From contig DF237328.1 in the NCBI GenBank assembly GCA_000708835.1, positions 1-64,000 of the forward strand: a stretch of 64,000 nt of DNA. The letters are read 5' to 3'. The stretch is from Klebsormidium nitens. Its lineage: Eukaryota > Plantae > Klebsormidiophyceae. A program made the position numbers and the translations under genes. Shown here piece by piece: positions 24,095 through 51,233 of this stretch. The notes beneath the pieces were generated by a model. It worked only from the letters and a program-made list of their open reading frames with translations, was not told where the DNA came from and did no database searches. Positions within the stretch are counted from its first letter, which is position 1. Each line of letters begins with the position of its first letter.

Positions 24095-25524
24095 AGCAGT
24101 CGGTTACTGAGTGGGTCAGTGTAAAAGTACTCGGGTTATGGATGAGGGTTAAGAGATATATTTGTCACACAAGGTACTTGCAGCGTTGCGCATGAAAGTT
24201 AGTTGATCAAGAGTGCTGCAAGCTGCAGATTGTCAAACGTGAGGGATCAACAAGTGCTTCAAGCCGTACACGTGTCACCGTCAGGACTCGATTAATGGGG
24301 TCTACTAAACCGGAGTTGCACTGGCAACGATCAGATGAAAAATCTGTGTAGGATAGGATCGGCCCAGAGGTGCGCGGGAGCAGAATAATCAAATGCAAGA
24401 GTAGAAGAGTTGAGAAAAGAAGAGATGGCGCATCAATTTTTAAACAGATAGGTAAACGCAGACTGACACAAATGATAATTCACAAAAAATGTGACATTGC
24501 TTGCCAAGCTGCTCTTGAGTCAAGTATTCACGTCCTAAACTACATGGATATCGGTTTCCTCAACACGTCTAGCTTTCAAAGTGATCGGTTTCGTCTCAAC
24601 CAACCATGCATGAACTCATTTTTACTCGGTCCCACTCTTCTTACAACTCACCGCTGATGCATCACTGCTCCACGCCATGCTGAGCTATTGCATGAAAGAT
24701 GACCTAACTCGTCACGTATACGCGTCCTTGCAATTGGCAAACTAGCTTTTCCAACGATCCTTAATAATAGGAACTGGGTTAATGGCACTCGACCCCGACC
24801 TTCAGCAATCTGCAGTGACGTACGTTCGCTTAGTAACGTTGCATGATACGACGGTCCTCATCTGTTCGAAGTTGCTAGGCGGCGGGCATGTAGCATGCAT
24901 GCTCGTCATTAGGATCTACAAGGCCCGGTCAGTTCCGAGGTTCGTGATGTGACTTGCTATACGAGGCCGCCCGGACATGACGCATTACCTGGCACATGTG
25001 CATGATTGTAATCAATGTCGGTTAATCTACTTACTATAAATTGCCACACGAGTGAGTCCAAGATTGCACGCGCGCCCCTGATACTGAGGATCCGTCAGCG
25101 GGTCATGCTGATCGTACGGTAAAGCTACATAAGCGACGTGTTTCACCTCATGGAATGCAACGTTCTAGGTATATGCCGCATCGTCGGATTAGGATCTAGA
25201 CTGCACTTGAAGTGGCACCGACTGGCGCGCCCAATAATGGCGTCTGAGTTGAGCAACAATTGTAAAGTCGGGCTCCAACCGACACTACTGCTCATACTCC
25301 AATACGGGCATCTCACCAATCATTAAGCACCTATCTGCCACTTAGTCAGCAGAAACTTTCGGATACAAGCCGTTGGTTATGTATAGTGAGAGTTTGGGCG
25401 ATTGCGAGTCGCTTCTGTACACTTCCATCGCCAGAACTAAGATCGAGGAACGAGCAGATATTGACAGGATTTGGATAGGAACTTGATTGAAGAAGATGCG
25501 AAGCACCGTCTCAAAGCTCTTCTC

Positions 25525-40318
<14,794 letters not shown>

Positions 40319-41018
40319 CATGCTGATGTCATCTGCGCCTTGCTAATGCTGCTGGTTGAGTGCTGGTTTTTCCAGAGATTTCCTTTCCCACAATCATGGT
40401 GTGGATACAACCTTTCGTGATCTTTTCATGAAAGTTCAGATGCCTCAGTCCACTTGAACCAGCTAGATGAGCTTTTAGGCAAAAGCTCCAAAAAAGTGGT
40501 CCTCAAAGGACGTCTGCCAGGAGCAATTTGGTTCCTAAAAGCTCACGTCTCAAACCGGAGCCACCCAAACGCACGTACTACTGCTGCAAAAGCCAGCTCT
40601 CTTGTTGCGTCTTCAGCTGCTCATTGAAACAAACAGTGGCGCGCCTCCAGGCTCCCCTTTCTTCTGCAATCCCTCCATAGCCACATGTAAATTGCACTAC
40701 CGTATTCAGTCTCAGACTGAGAGCTTTGCTCTGCTTGAAGTATCAACGAGAAACGTGGCGATGGGGTGACGTGAGTCAGGTAAAGAGTGGGTCAAACCGC
40801 CCATCCAACTCCACGACCTTTGAGACCGGTAAGTCGAAGATACTGACGTCATAGTTCGTCCTCGGACTCGGATCATGGATGGTAGGGTTCGTCACCAAGA
40901 ATCGGAATGTTGGGGGGTCCCCCTGCCGCTGCGCCTATTTACAGAGCTCTCCTGATTTCCGGAAACAAGCATTCCCTCAAAACTTCCACTATCAACAGAC
41001 GCGGTTCCTCTTGCAAAC

Positions 41019-44000
41019 ATGGGGACATTGCTCACCAACGTGGCTTCCTCTCTTGCTGTGGCTGCGACCTTGCTGGCCGCGGTGGACCTGTGCTGCCGCT
41101 ATGCAGGCGGCTTGACAGAGACGAGCGCAAGAAGGGGCGATGCGCCGAATGCTGCACATCGACGCAGGCAGACAGCGGTCAGGCATACGTGAGTGATGAG
41201 CTCCTATCTGCTTCTGAGCTTGACCATGTGCACTATCAACTGCTCATTTGAGAAGGTTAGTCTGAGAGTGGTGGACAGAAAGGGTTTGGGCAAGAGTTCT
41301 AACCTCAGCACTGTTTGCTTTGCAAAGTGGGATTAAGCTTGGACATATTTGTATCTGACTCGAATTGCTAGGGCCACGTTGTCTTTATTGCTTGTGAAAT
41401 GCAGTACACCACACTGTTTCCGGTCCAGTAGATAGGAGGCTGTGCAAAACATGTACAGTATCGTGAAGGAAGGAAAGACAGATGAAGTACTTTACCCAGT
41501 GCGCTGTACATCAACTGCACAGAAGATCAAGCAAGATCCTATTGCCTGACTTTTCTTGATCAGCTCAGAAGTGCCCCAATCAATGCTGGTTCGAGCTTTT
41601 GAAGAAGTGGCCACCAATTTACGCCCTTCGTTGTTTGCGAATTGCCTGAGAAATATAGCTCAGTGTGTACACGCACATGTTTGTTTAGCATCTATACCAA
41701 CTCCGGAAGCAATAGCATAAAATGCAGGCTCCGGACAATTGAGTCAACCAAACCCCAAGGGGTTTGAACACCTGGTGACTCTCGCCTTCAAAACCTTGAG
41801 GTTTCCAGCTTCAAGGAATGCTTATGACTGCAGAACTTACTGTCGTAGTCAACTGCAGAGAATCGTGGCCCTCAAATCTACCAAGTGATGTCAGCAATGC
41901 TGATCTCACCTTTGCTTTATCTGCAGAGGGCCCAACGACTTGGCCAACAGGTGGCAGACCTACAAGGGTATGATGTCCTCAAAGTTTGGGGTTTCAAAAG
42001 GTGCGTCATCTTAGGAAGCCAGCCCTCTGAACCATTCCAACTTTGCTGCACAAGGCTCTAAGGCATTTGTTAAGCTAGGTGCTTGCCCTGTGGCATTCCC
42101 AAGATGCTATGAAACTGCACGCAACTGTTGATCTTCAGCGCTTTTGCAGATCGTACAGTCTTGAAGTTCATTGGCAGAAATCATTCATATAGCGGACATA
42201 GGAGTGAGCTAGTGCTAGAAAAAATTGGTTGGCACAATACGCATTTGGAGAGAGTGCATGATATTGAAGCTCATTGATAAAGATCCATGGTTGTGGCCAA
42301 GTCCTTCAGCAGAGGAATGAGCTAGTGCTAGAAAGAATGCCTGACACAATACACTTCCGTACAGAGTGCATGATATGCACAGAAAAGAAGCGGCCCACGA
42401 AGTTCCGCCTTCCAACCACTCAGTGCTCCCACCAACCCGACGTCTGCATGTAAGCTCAGCTCACTCAGGGGAGCCTTTTCACGGCAAAGCAATGATTAGT
42501 CACGTCAATCCGGCTAATGGCGTGATATTTACTATTTCCTTGATATTCTGATATGTTCACACATGAGTCCCTAGCAAGTTGGCGCATTGCTCCAGATACC
42601 TGGAGTCTTTACAAAGATTCCCAGGCCACAGCATCAGTTTTGAATGGCACTTCTTTTTTTGGTTATTGACACTGCGCATGTGTGAATAGGGTCAGGTGTC
42701 CCTGTTTGTTCTTTGTGGGTTCCAGTAGGATTTCAGGGTTTCAGGGGTGTTAGGGTTTCAGGGTTTGGGGTTTTGGAGTTTTACGGCTTCTGGGTTCTAA
42801 AGGAAAATCAAACCTTCCAAGTGACTTCCACGAAGCGCCCCAAACCCTCCCCTGAAGTGCCCCTTCCTATCACCAATTTCGACGACGTCTAATTTTCGCA
42901 ATGCACAATGCCCATCGCAGGAAACCAGTTGTACTCATGTGGGCCCGAGGAAGGCCCCTTGCATTCGGAAGCAACGTACAAAAACCCCATCAGTTTGGCT
43001 TCCTCAGACTCTGACTCTGCATATTGTACCGTCATTGAAACAGACACTGCTTGCGGAATTATCTACGAGTGGAGGTCGTTGAGAAGGGACGCGTTGGGGA
43101 GCTTCTAGTGTGCCCTTCGCCAGACTGTCTGGCAAATGTTGAAGACCGAGATCTGCGAGCACTCTATCAAGCAGGTGAGTCTTGCTCGAGAAGGCAACCT
43201 AGCAGGACACTTTGCATTTCAAGAACCTGTCTTGATCTTTTAAGTTGCTTTTTTGATGTGGTATTTGAGTCTCGATTTTTCCGAGGTCGTTTCTCCTTAC
43301 CTCCTCCTCGTGCAGTGTCCTATTCACATGTACGGAGTAAGGTAGGTGCGAAAATTCTCTCTTCTGTGTTCTCCTGCGACAATACTCCCCAACAAATTTC
43401 CCCTGCTCTCCTTTTGCGTTTTGCAATCAACCATTTCAACGCCGCTGCATGCTGGCTCCGTCCCTAGTTGCAAACGTACTCAAGGGAGCGGAAGAATCAA
43501 GGAAACGGGTTCACATCGGCTGATATCGCACAAGGTCTAGGCAGTCACTTCCATCCGACGGTGTGGATTCGTGTTTTACAGAGGGGAGACTTCAGTAGTT
43601 GGGACGCAAACTTGCATTGCTCTCAACGATTGGAACCAGAGGTTGACCCTCGAATAATAGTTCGTCTCTGGATGGTTGCATCACTCGTGCTCACGGAGAC
43701 TGGCACGTTGAGGTATCCCCTCGTGGGACTGATTCTGCGTTATCGAACGTCTGTGGTCCGTACAGGTCCCATTCACCTCGTCCGCCCATCGGTCTTTTAA
43801 CGAGACTCTGCGTCACACCACACTAGACTTCGTAACCGGGCCTCCGGTTCTTCAAAGCTGCAGAAACGTCTTCGACCGGTTGCAGGCAATCCGGTGATTG
43901 CGTACCACAAGGAACGTCTCTTCGAGAGCGCGGTGGAGAAGGACCTCAATTTAAAGGAACTCTATGTTGCACCAGACTCGCTCCTTATTGCTGCCAGTAT

Positions 44001-45235
44001 CGTACAAAGCTACGAACTGTAAGCACTGCGTTTCGACCCGTTTGCAGGCTACCCGCTGAGCGCCTGCCACGAGAAACCTCCTCGAGCGCGCATTGCATAA
44101 GGACCCCAACTCCAAAGAAACTAATGTCGCACGAGATTGGTTTCTTTCTTTCTGTCAGGTTGTACGAATCGGTTTCTATGCGTTTGCAGGAGACCCGCTG
44201 ATGGCTTACCACGGAAAACGGCGCGTCGAGCGCGCGCTGGAGAAGGGAACTCAGTATCGGGGTAGATTGGTTGTTCATCGCTGCAAGATTTTCTTAAGTT
44301 GCAGGAACTAGGGAGTTCTCGTCAATCCATTCGCAGGTGCTCCGCTGGTCGCGTGTCACGAGAGACCGTTTCTTTTGAGCGTGCGCTCGAGAAAGCCCGG
44401 TGGCCCCAAACTGGCTTCTCGTTGCTGCAAGATCTCAGAAAGCTGCATAAAGTAAGCACTGCCTTTTGATCCATTTGCAGGCGACCCGGTAGTTGCCTGC
44501 GACGAGAAGGGGCTCTTCGAGCGTTTGAAGAAGAACCCAATCACAACGAAACTCTGTGTCGCACCAAATAGGCTTCTCAAATGCTGCCAAATACTCGAAG
44601 CTGCAAAACCCAGAGTATCTTTTTGAACCTTTGCAGGCGACCCGCTGATTGCCTGCCACGAGAAACGCCTCTTCGAGCGCGCGCTGGAAACGGACCCCAA
44701 TTTCCGGTGGTGTCCTCACAACGGCTGCGGCAATGGCCAGCTCATCGACGACGCTGACGAAAGCACGTTCTGGTCGTGCGTCACCTGCAACAGCCGGGTT
44801 TGCACACGTCACCGCGTCGTCTTTCACGAGGGGATGACGTGTGCCGAATACGATGCGATCGCTCCAGATTCGGACGTACAAGAAAACGGGTCTCGGAGGA
44901 AACGGAGTTGGCGCGCGTTTTTCGGCCTCGCCCCGACCGCCGCTTGGGAACTACGGAACGCAGAGACGGAAGAGCGGAAAGCGGCGGAGAAGCTCAGGAG
45001 GCGCGACGCGGCCGCGCGCGCGCGCGAGGAGGCCGCGAGCCGCGCCGCGCTCGCGCGGCTTGGCGTCAAGCGCTGTCCGAAGTGCGCGCAGGGTTTGCAG
45101 AAAAACGACGGTTGCGATCACTTTACGTGTGGGACCGCGATGGGGTGCAAGGCGCAGTTCTGCTGGCTGTGTATGGCGGACTGGGGGCCGATCGTGCGGA
45201 ACGGAAACAAGTACCACAAACGGAACTGCCGGTAA
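41019..45235 (+). CDS. RBR (RING1-IBR-RING2) E3 ubiquitin ligase (~341 aa, 5 exons)
   Basis: Exons 41019-41188, 41927-41967, 42365-42449, 43044-43174, 44637-45235; 1026 nt, phases consistent. RING1 ECMIC...CSHQPDVCIHCLRNYL...CPSPDC, IBR FRWCPHNGCG...CVTC...CTRHRVVFHEGMTC, RING2 KRCPKC...KNDGCDHFTC...FCWLC. The first two exons are less certain than the last three. Confidence 0.85.
43870..44636 (+). repeat. Tandem echo array of the RBR exon 5 acceptor plus exon start (5 extra copies, 142-162 bp)
   Basis: (t/c)gcag|G...CCG...CCACGAGAAA...TTCGAGCGCG-like units with AG ending at 43885, 44047, 44189, 44336 and 44480; real at 44636. A further echo of the exon 3 acceptor lies at ~42200-42260. Confidence 0.88.
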
Positions 45236-46272
45236 GGGCGTCAAGAAGGGCCTGATCTTGTAACTTGTTCGGCTTGGCGTTACAGTCGCCTCACCGTTTA
45301 GAGGAGTGGTCGCCTCAGAAGTTTCGACTGCCATCAACATGCCCTGGATCTTCGGTCCTATCATCCTTTGCGAGTAATCAAGTCTACGCACTTGCCTTTT
45401 GGACTTCTTCCATTTGAGCCTTTCTGTACTGTACGTATGAGCATCGCGAGCTTGAAAGATGCCTCAGAACAGGGCTCGAAAGCGGCTGAATTTCATTTCG
45501 CCTGACCCTTCGTTTGCTTCGAATCATCTGCCACGGATGACGTTGCGGTCAACATCTTACTGACTTCCCACTGGTTCGCTGCACCACGTGGCTGACGTGG
45601 TCAAGGGAGTGGAAACGATCAGCGACCTTGAAACCGGCGTCTCGACTAGTAGGTCGCTGCTGCTGGCCAACACCCGACAAGGTCTACTGACATCAAAAAG
45701 AATGTCCAACTCCCTGAGTAAATCAAATGTCTTTCTGGATTTCATGTTGCAGGTGGTATGCGTGAGAGTCCTGCAACAGAGGACGACTCATGCCAGTTTC
45801 GACCTCTAGAATCCTGTCCGCTCGTGAAAAAGTCAGCGCTTTCAACCACCTTAAAAACTTGGAAGCTTCAAATGCCCAAGCCAACCAAGCTGGCAGTGTA
45901 AAGTATTCCCAATTTTCTGGGGTTCATTTAGTCTGCGCTGGCCATCCCGGCAAGAGCGTATTATAAGCGACTTGTTGTAAGCAGAACAGTCATGGTCTAT
46001 ACTAGGCAACATGTACATACGTACTTGCAAACGACTCCAACACCGGATAGCGTTTGTCGGACCTCTGGTGGCGCCACAGCGTCACTCCTTTAGTGATTTT
46101 GTAATACCTTATAAACAGTGAATTGTCTTCCCGGCCCAATTGCTTGCGGATCTTTGACAGGGAGCCCCATTAACACTGACTCAGAATCAGAATGAGCTAG
46201 AGTAGGTGCTGTGGGGAACCGACTACCGGACGTTCTTACAGATGAATACTTGTTCGGGCCGACATGCAGGTT

Positions 46273-46938
46273 CTACCCGCGACAGCTCATGCACCATGAC
46301 GCACTCTGATTTGCATTCCCACGTGACGTGCTCAACGCTTCGTTGAAAAGCCTAAGTATTGATCTGGCGCCTTCCCGGCACGGAATGTTGGAAACTCTGC
46401 TGCAGACTAGAGAAAAAGGCAAAGAATGAGTAATTATGAAGTGGTCACCAACGCATCGTGAACTTACCAGTTCACGAAAGCGTGCTGCAGAACGTGCCTC
46501 ACTGATCAGTAAATCATGCATGTATGCGACGCGGGTGATCGAACTAGAGCTGGCAGGCTCGATTCGTGAACTTGTCGTTAGGCGATCGCCAATTGCGCCC
46601 ACATGCGGGAAGCTCTGTATGACATCGGTTGCAGCCGAACAGGGATCAAAAGGAAGTGCCTTCAAGATGAATCTTCCCTTGATTCAATTCGCTGTGGCAC
46701 AGTGCACAAGCGTGGATCAAACCCTTAAATATCCGTGTAGACGTTGCATCAAGCGTTTGGCACGCGGCACGTCTCGCCAGCATTCAAGAAGCTGACCGTG
46801 TGCAATCGAACTGACTTCGATTGCTCTTGACGAGTTACTCTGCTTGGTTTGAAGAGCCCAGAAGCCCGCATGGTGATCGAACAAGACCATAAGATCATCG
46901 ACATACTGGATGTGACCGTTTCCACAGGTTGCGGACAA
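46273..46938 (-). pseudogene. Possible decayed intronless ORF (~220 codons, two internal TGA stops)
   Basis: ORFs 46938-46717 and 46665-46273 are in the same frame, separated by two in-frame TGA codons. No family recognised. Confidence 0.3.
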
Positions 46939-47208
46939 TGTGAGCTGACGTCACATTGATCAAAGCGCAATATCCTCATTCGTCATCTGCTGAAGAGAAA
47001 CTTCATCGTCCTAGGATAGTCACATCAAGCTCACAAGTATCTGATCTCGCGCCTTCGTCGTTGAGGTTGCGGGTTGTGGAAGGACCGCTGATGTAAACCT
47101 CATAAGGTTCTTCGCCAAGCGACGGCAAGATATCCTTCTAGCTAGCTACCCCTTTTATTAAAATAGTAGAAGTGGGAGGGCGAGTGGGCTTCTTGTCAAC
47201 ACCTCCAG

Positions 47209-47658
47209 TTGCACACGATGCACCCGTTTTTTGCAGGGATATGTTTCGCCAGCGGAGTGGGGGTAGCGGTCTACCTGTTTCAGGGGCCCCCGGACCAAAC
47301 CGGTTCAGAGAAAGCGCTGACTTCTCTACGACGAGATTCAAAGCTGCTGAAGTCACTTCACGAAAAGGAAGTGCTTCTGAAAAAGGAGCTAGACGCTCTG
47401 AAGGAGAAAAAGGAGTGCCGATCCGCCCTTATTCGTCACGGTCAGGCCACGCCGGAGATTCTCAAAGAACTGGGTTTTGGAGATGCTTTGGGAAAGACCA
47501 TCGAGGCAGCGGAGAAACGGCACGCTCCGGCGGCAGAAGCCGTATTCAAGCAGTGGATGCTGTTTTTAGAAGAGTTGAAGGCTTTTGCGAAGCGGTACGG
47601 TATGGCCTCAGGCTTCCGTGCTATTTGGGCGCTTGCGAAGGAGAGCATTGGCAAGTAA
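47209..47658 (+). CDS. Intronless coiled-coil protein with N-terminal hydrophobic anchor, paralog 1 (149 aa)
   Basis: FFAGICFASGVGVAVYLF followed by GSEKAL...AEKRHA...KQ...YGM motifs shared with the ORFs at 49273 and 51234. The second Met (47218) may be the true start. Confidence 0.75.
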   Translation: MHTMHPFFAGICFASGVGVAVYLFQGPPDQTGSEKALTSLRRDSKLLKSLHEKEVLLKKELDALKEKKECRSALIRHGQATPEILKELGFGDALGKTIEAAEKRHAPAAEAVFKQWMLFLEELKAFAKRYGMASGFRAIWALAKESIGK

Positions 47659-49272
47659 TGACGCGGTAACAAACAGAATTGGACGGCGAATTGAGCGTAG
47701 AGATGCGCGTCCAGTCTCAAATGGTCTCATATATAGCCAGTACAGCAGTAGGTCAACTCGTTGTATGTAAACCAAAAGCTTTCAATAACGCAGTATCTTT
47801 AATTCGAGTGTGTAGGAGACTTACATAAAGCTACATCTCGACTTACAGTGAAAGAAACGCTTTGCTGTTTACTACGAGAGTATTTGGGCCTTTTGAGTTC
47901 TTGCCTCAACCAGTCTCGCTCTCAGGACTGGTTGCGATTTCCATCTTTTAGGCACATGCATTGCGGCATGTTACGTGCTTTTTTATCCCTTAAAGCGCCC
48001 ATGGGTACTCCACTACGGTCATATCATGTAACAAATTCGCATCATTTCAATATGGTGAAGTAGACGGTTGCATCCCTTGGTTAAGACTATGGTACTCTCA
48101 GAAACTACTTTTTACTTATTTCGTCCGTCGCTTCTGGACTGGGTATGCTTTTTCATATGCTTTGCCATCTCAGTTTATCATTGCAGAAGGGTGTTCGGAG
48201 GCGCGCAGAGTTCAAACCAGACAGATCTGCATGAGCATGAGTTGTGAACTGGTCTCGCCTGCGGGCGAGATTAGTACATTGAAAAATACGTCATTAGAGG
48301 AGACAATGACGACCTTTCAATGTTGTTCCACACGAAGCACATGCTCATGCCTTCAGTCTAGACAGTCGCATCGATCACGTTCAAAGCGTGTCACCTATAT
48401 AACCTGCAGTGTCACTTTTCAATTCCCTAATGGGTATCCATGCCTTGTGTGGTATGCGGACAGCTTCGTTCACAGCTTAACGGCAGACATTTTATCGATG
48501 TTCTTCAATCTACTCGTCATCCTTCGTCGTAGATACGACACTCATTTCGGCATTCCGGTCCGAGATTTGGCCTCGTTCATTCAAGCGCATTGAACACCCA
48601 CATAGGTCATGAAGTCAAGTCAGCCCTTGAATAGGAGGACGCCTTTTTGGCAGCAAATCATCTCAGCTTTTGATAAAGCTCACGTCGACTGTGTCTGAGC
48701 CTGGCGGGCGAATCTGCTCTAACCAATTTGGAAGGAGCGTTGCGAACAGGGAGCCATGAAACAGCCGCGAATGGTCCCATCAAAAGCCCTCGACTGTTTC
48801 ATGCGCGCGCGCTCAGATGGCACCCGCGCGCGCGCGCGAAGCCCGGTAGCGACACCACCTTGAGCGCTGACCCACCGGCCCTTGACGTGACCGGCGCTCT
48901 GCACAACTCCGCAAGTGATACGAAATCTTTGAGGCGCTATAGCGTTCCTGTCTTTTTTTGAACATCTTTCTGAAGTAGCTAGAGAAAATGCCACTGCGAC
49001 TGATAAAAGGCGCCAAGGAGGACGTGCAATTGCATTGTTGAAAGTGGATGCCTTCATATGAGCGCTCCATCAAAACGCTCTGTAAGTTTTGACCTGTTGA
49101 ATTAGCGGCAAGCGCGCAGAGAACAGGGCTGACTTACTTTTTCAACTGACGCATACAGGCGCGGACTTGAAAACACACTAAGGCCGGTCTACAACGGCCT
49201 CAAGCGGAACCAGGGCGCCGAGTAGCAAGCTTAAACGTTGTTTGGTCATATTCACTGCCCTTTCGTATAGGA

Positions 49273-49734
49273 ATGGCTTCTTTCCGTCGCTGCTTCTGTT
49301 CTTCGAGAGAAGAGCGTAGTACTGCAAAAGTAGCGCCGGACGTTTTGCTCTTGCCAAGCGCGCGCGCGCCGGACCAGAGGGGTTCCGAGAAAGCGCTAAG
49401 AGTTCTTCAGCGCGAGCTTAGCAAGATAAAGAAACTACTGGACGAGGAGTATGCTTTACTTAAGGAAACCATGGTTTTGAAAGCGAAGCGGGACCAGATT
49501 TCCGCTCCATTCATCAAAGGCGTGCTTACCGTAGAAGAACTAGAGGAGACACGCCTTCTAACCAAGTTGGAGAAGGCTGTCAAACGTGCGGAAAAACGGC
49601 ACGCTTGTGCGGTAAAGGCGGCTACGAAACAGGAGAACAATCTAGGAGATGGGTTCGTGGAATATATGAGGCGCTTCGGTCTAACGCAAGGTATTTTTGA
49701 CCTGGTGGAGCTTCTGCTAGAGATGAGCAACTGA
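49273..49734 (+). CDS. Intronless coiled-coil protein, paralog 2 (153 aa), lacking a clear TM anchor
   Basis: PDQRGSEKALRVLQRE...RAEKRHACAVKAATKQ...YMRRFGL aligns with both neighbours. Confidence 0.72.
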   Translation: MASFRRCFCSSREERSTAKVAPDVLLLPSARAPDQRGSEKALRVLQRELSKIKKLLDEEYALLKETMVLKAKRDQISAPFIKGVLTVEELEETRLLTKLEKAVKRAEKRHACAVKAATKQENNLGDGFVEYMRRFGLTQGIFDLVELLLEMSN

Positions 49735-51233
49735 GGAGACACGTGCACGTCATATCGAGGTAAGCAAACATCTGCGACCGACAGAATTACAAAGAATTTG
49801 GAATGTTCGTGTGATGTTGTCATGTGAAGGTGGATGAAGAAAGCCCAGTACTTGCGCTATACCCGTTCCTTTTGGTAGATGCTCTTTATAAGAGCTGGTT
49901 TCGAGAATCTTGATACATTTGAAGTTTTTGAATCTTATCCCGTCTCCTTTACGTATTCTCTTGGTCATTGTTTGTCGTGAAAGTTCAGCCTATTTCCAGC
50001 ATCTAGTTCACCCAATTCAAAAAATCTGCCGCTCTCGAAGCTTTGACAAGCAGTCCCCGGCCGTAATTAAAGCCGTTCTCTTGTAGTATCGCGCGCCCTT
50101 TTGGCTTGAAAGTAGACCTCGTTTTTGCTAAAAATGCACCACTGAAACTTCCTTAAATGCGTTTCTTCGACTTCGACAGGAATCTCTCCAGAGTTCAGCT
50201 CGAGGTATGCGGCGTCCTTCAGCGGTGGAACGGACAAAAGGCCGTGCGCTTGGTTTCTTTTGACTTGCGTCTCAGCAGGTAGTGGGCCTGCTGACAAAGC
50301 GACTTGAGCGATAGAATCGAAGGATGAGCGAGGCGGCGGGTAGATCAAGAATTAACATGAGAAGAAACTTTCCGAGTATATCGACCAATGTGCTTCCGAA
50401 GAAAGATGGGCAAGATTCTTAGAGACCGAGCTCCTTTATCGTGGGAGGGCTCATAGACACCGTTTGGGCGTTGCTTAACGTTCATTCTGTGATTAAAATG
50501 AATTCTCACGCCCAAGTCGTGGCTGAGGGCAACTCCGAGAACTGATCTTGAAGTGAATGTCAATCCAATTTCGAGACAGGAAACTGCTCAAATAGGCCGT
50601 TGCGTCGGACAGCTGCCAAAAGCACCTTACGCCAAACGGTCTGTGTGTCCAGAAGCACAAGGGGTTTATATGGAGCTATTCACTTTACGCGCCCTTGAAT
50701 ATACATTCCCATTTCCAGCCAATGTTTCAATGTTCTTTGCCCGCTCTTCGAACATCCAAGTTGTACATTTTGTGAAGAATCTTATCTGCGAATCCCAGTG
50801 CGTATGCAGCATTTAGGCGTCTTCTTTCGAGACATACACGTCATTATACCCCTATGGACTGAAGCATCTCATCTACATCTTGATGCAAACCGGTAGACTG
50901 GGGAAATCAGTCAAATCATGGAGGGCGCGTGACCTCCCAATGGCCGTTTCTGAGAGGGCCCGGTCAAATCATGGTCCCAGATTCTGATTGCTGCGTAAGG
51001 TCACGTCTTGCCAAACTTGGAGTGGTGAAGCAAACTGAAACGTGAGCTGAGACTAGCGCTTCTGTGTCCTTTATCTTCATGCTCTAGCCAGCTCACAATC
51101 GCCACGGCGGCCGACCAATTTAAGTGAGCCGTGCTGGCGTAGCGGTCACAGACATGTCAGCCAAGTATACTTTGCTTAGTGATTCCCTCTCCTCCAAATA
51201 TCCCCGCTGCAACTTTGAATTCAATCCCCAAAC

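Noticed and set aside
42908-43108. 66-aa ORF as an RBR exon
   Set aside because: Wrong frame for RING1; the domain is completed by exons 42365-42449 and 43044-43174.
43870-44636. Echo arrays as Dscam-like mutually exclusive exon clusters
   Set aside because: Each copy has only one end of the exon, and several have frameshifts or stops, so none is a complete alternative exon.
44951-45745. Minus-strand gene overlapping the RBR 3' end
   Set aside because: Mostly the antisense frame of a GC-rich exon; no consistent splice path or domain.
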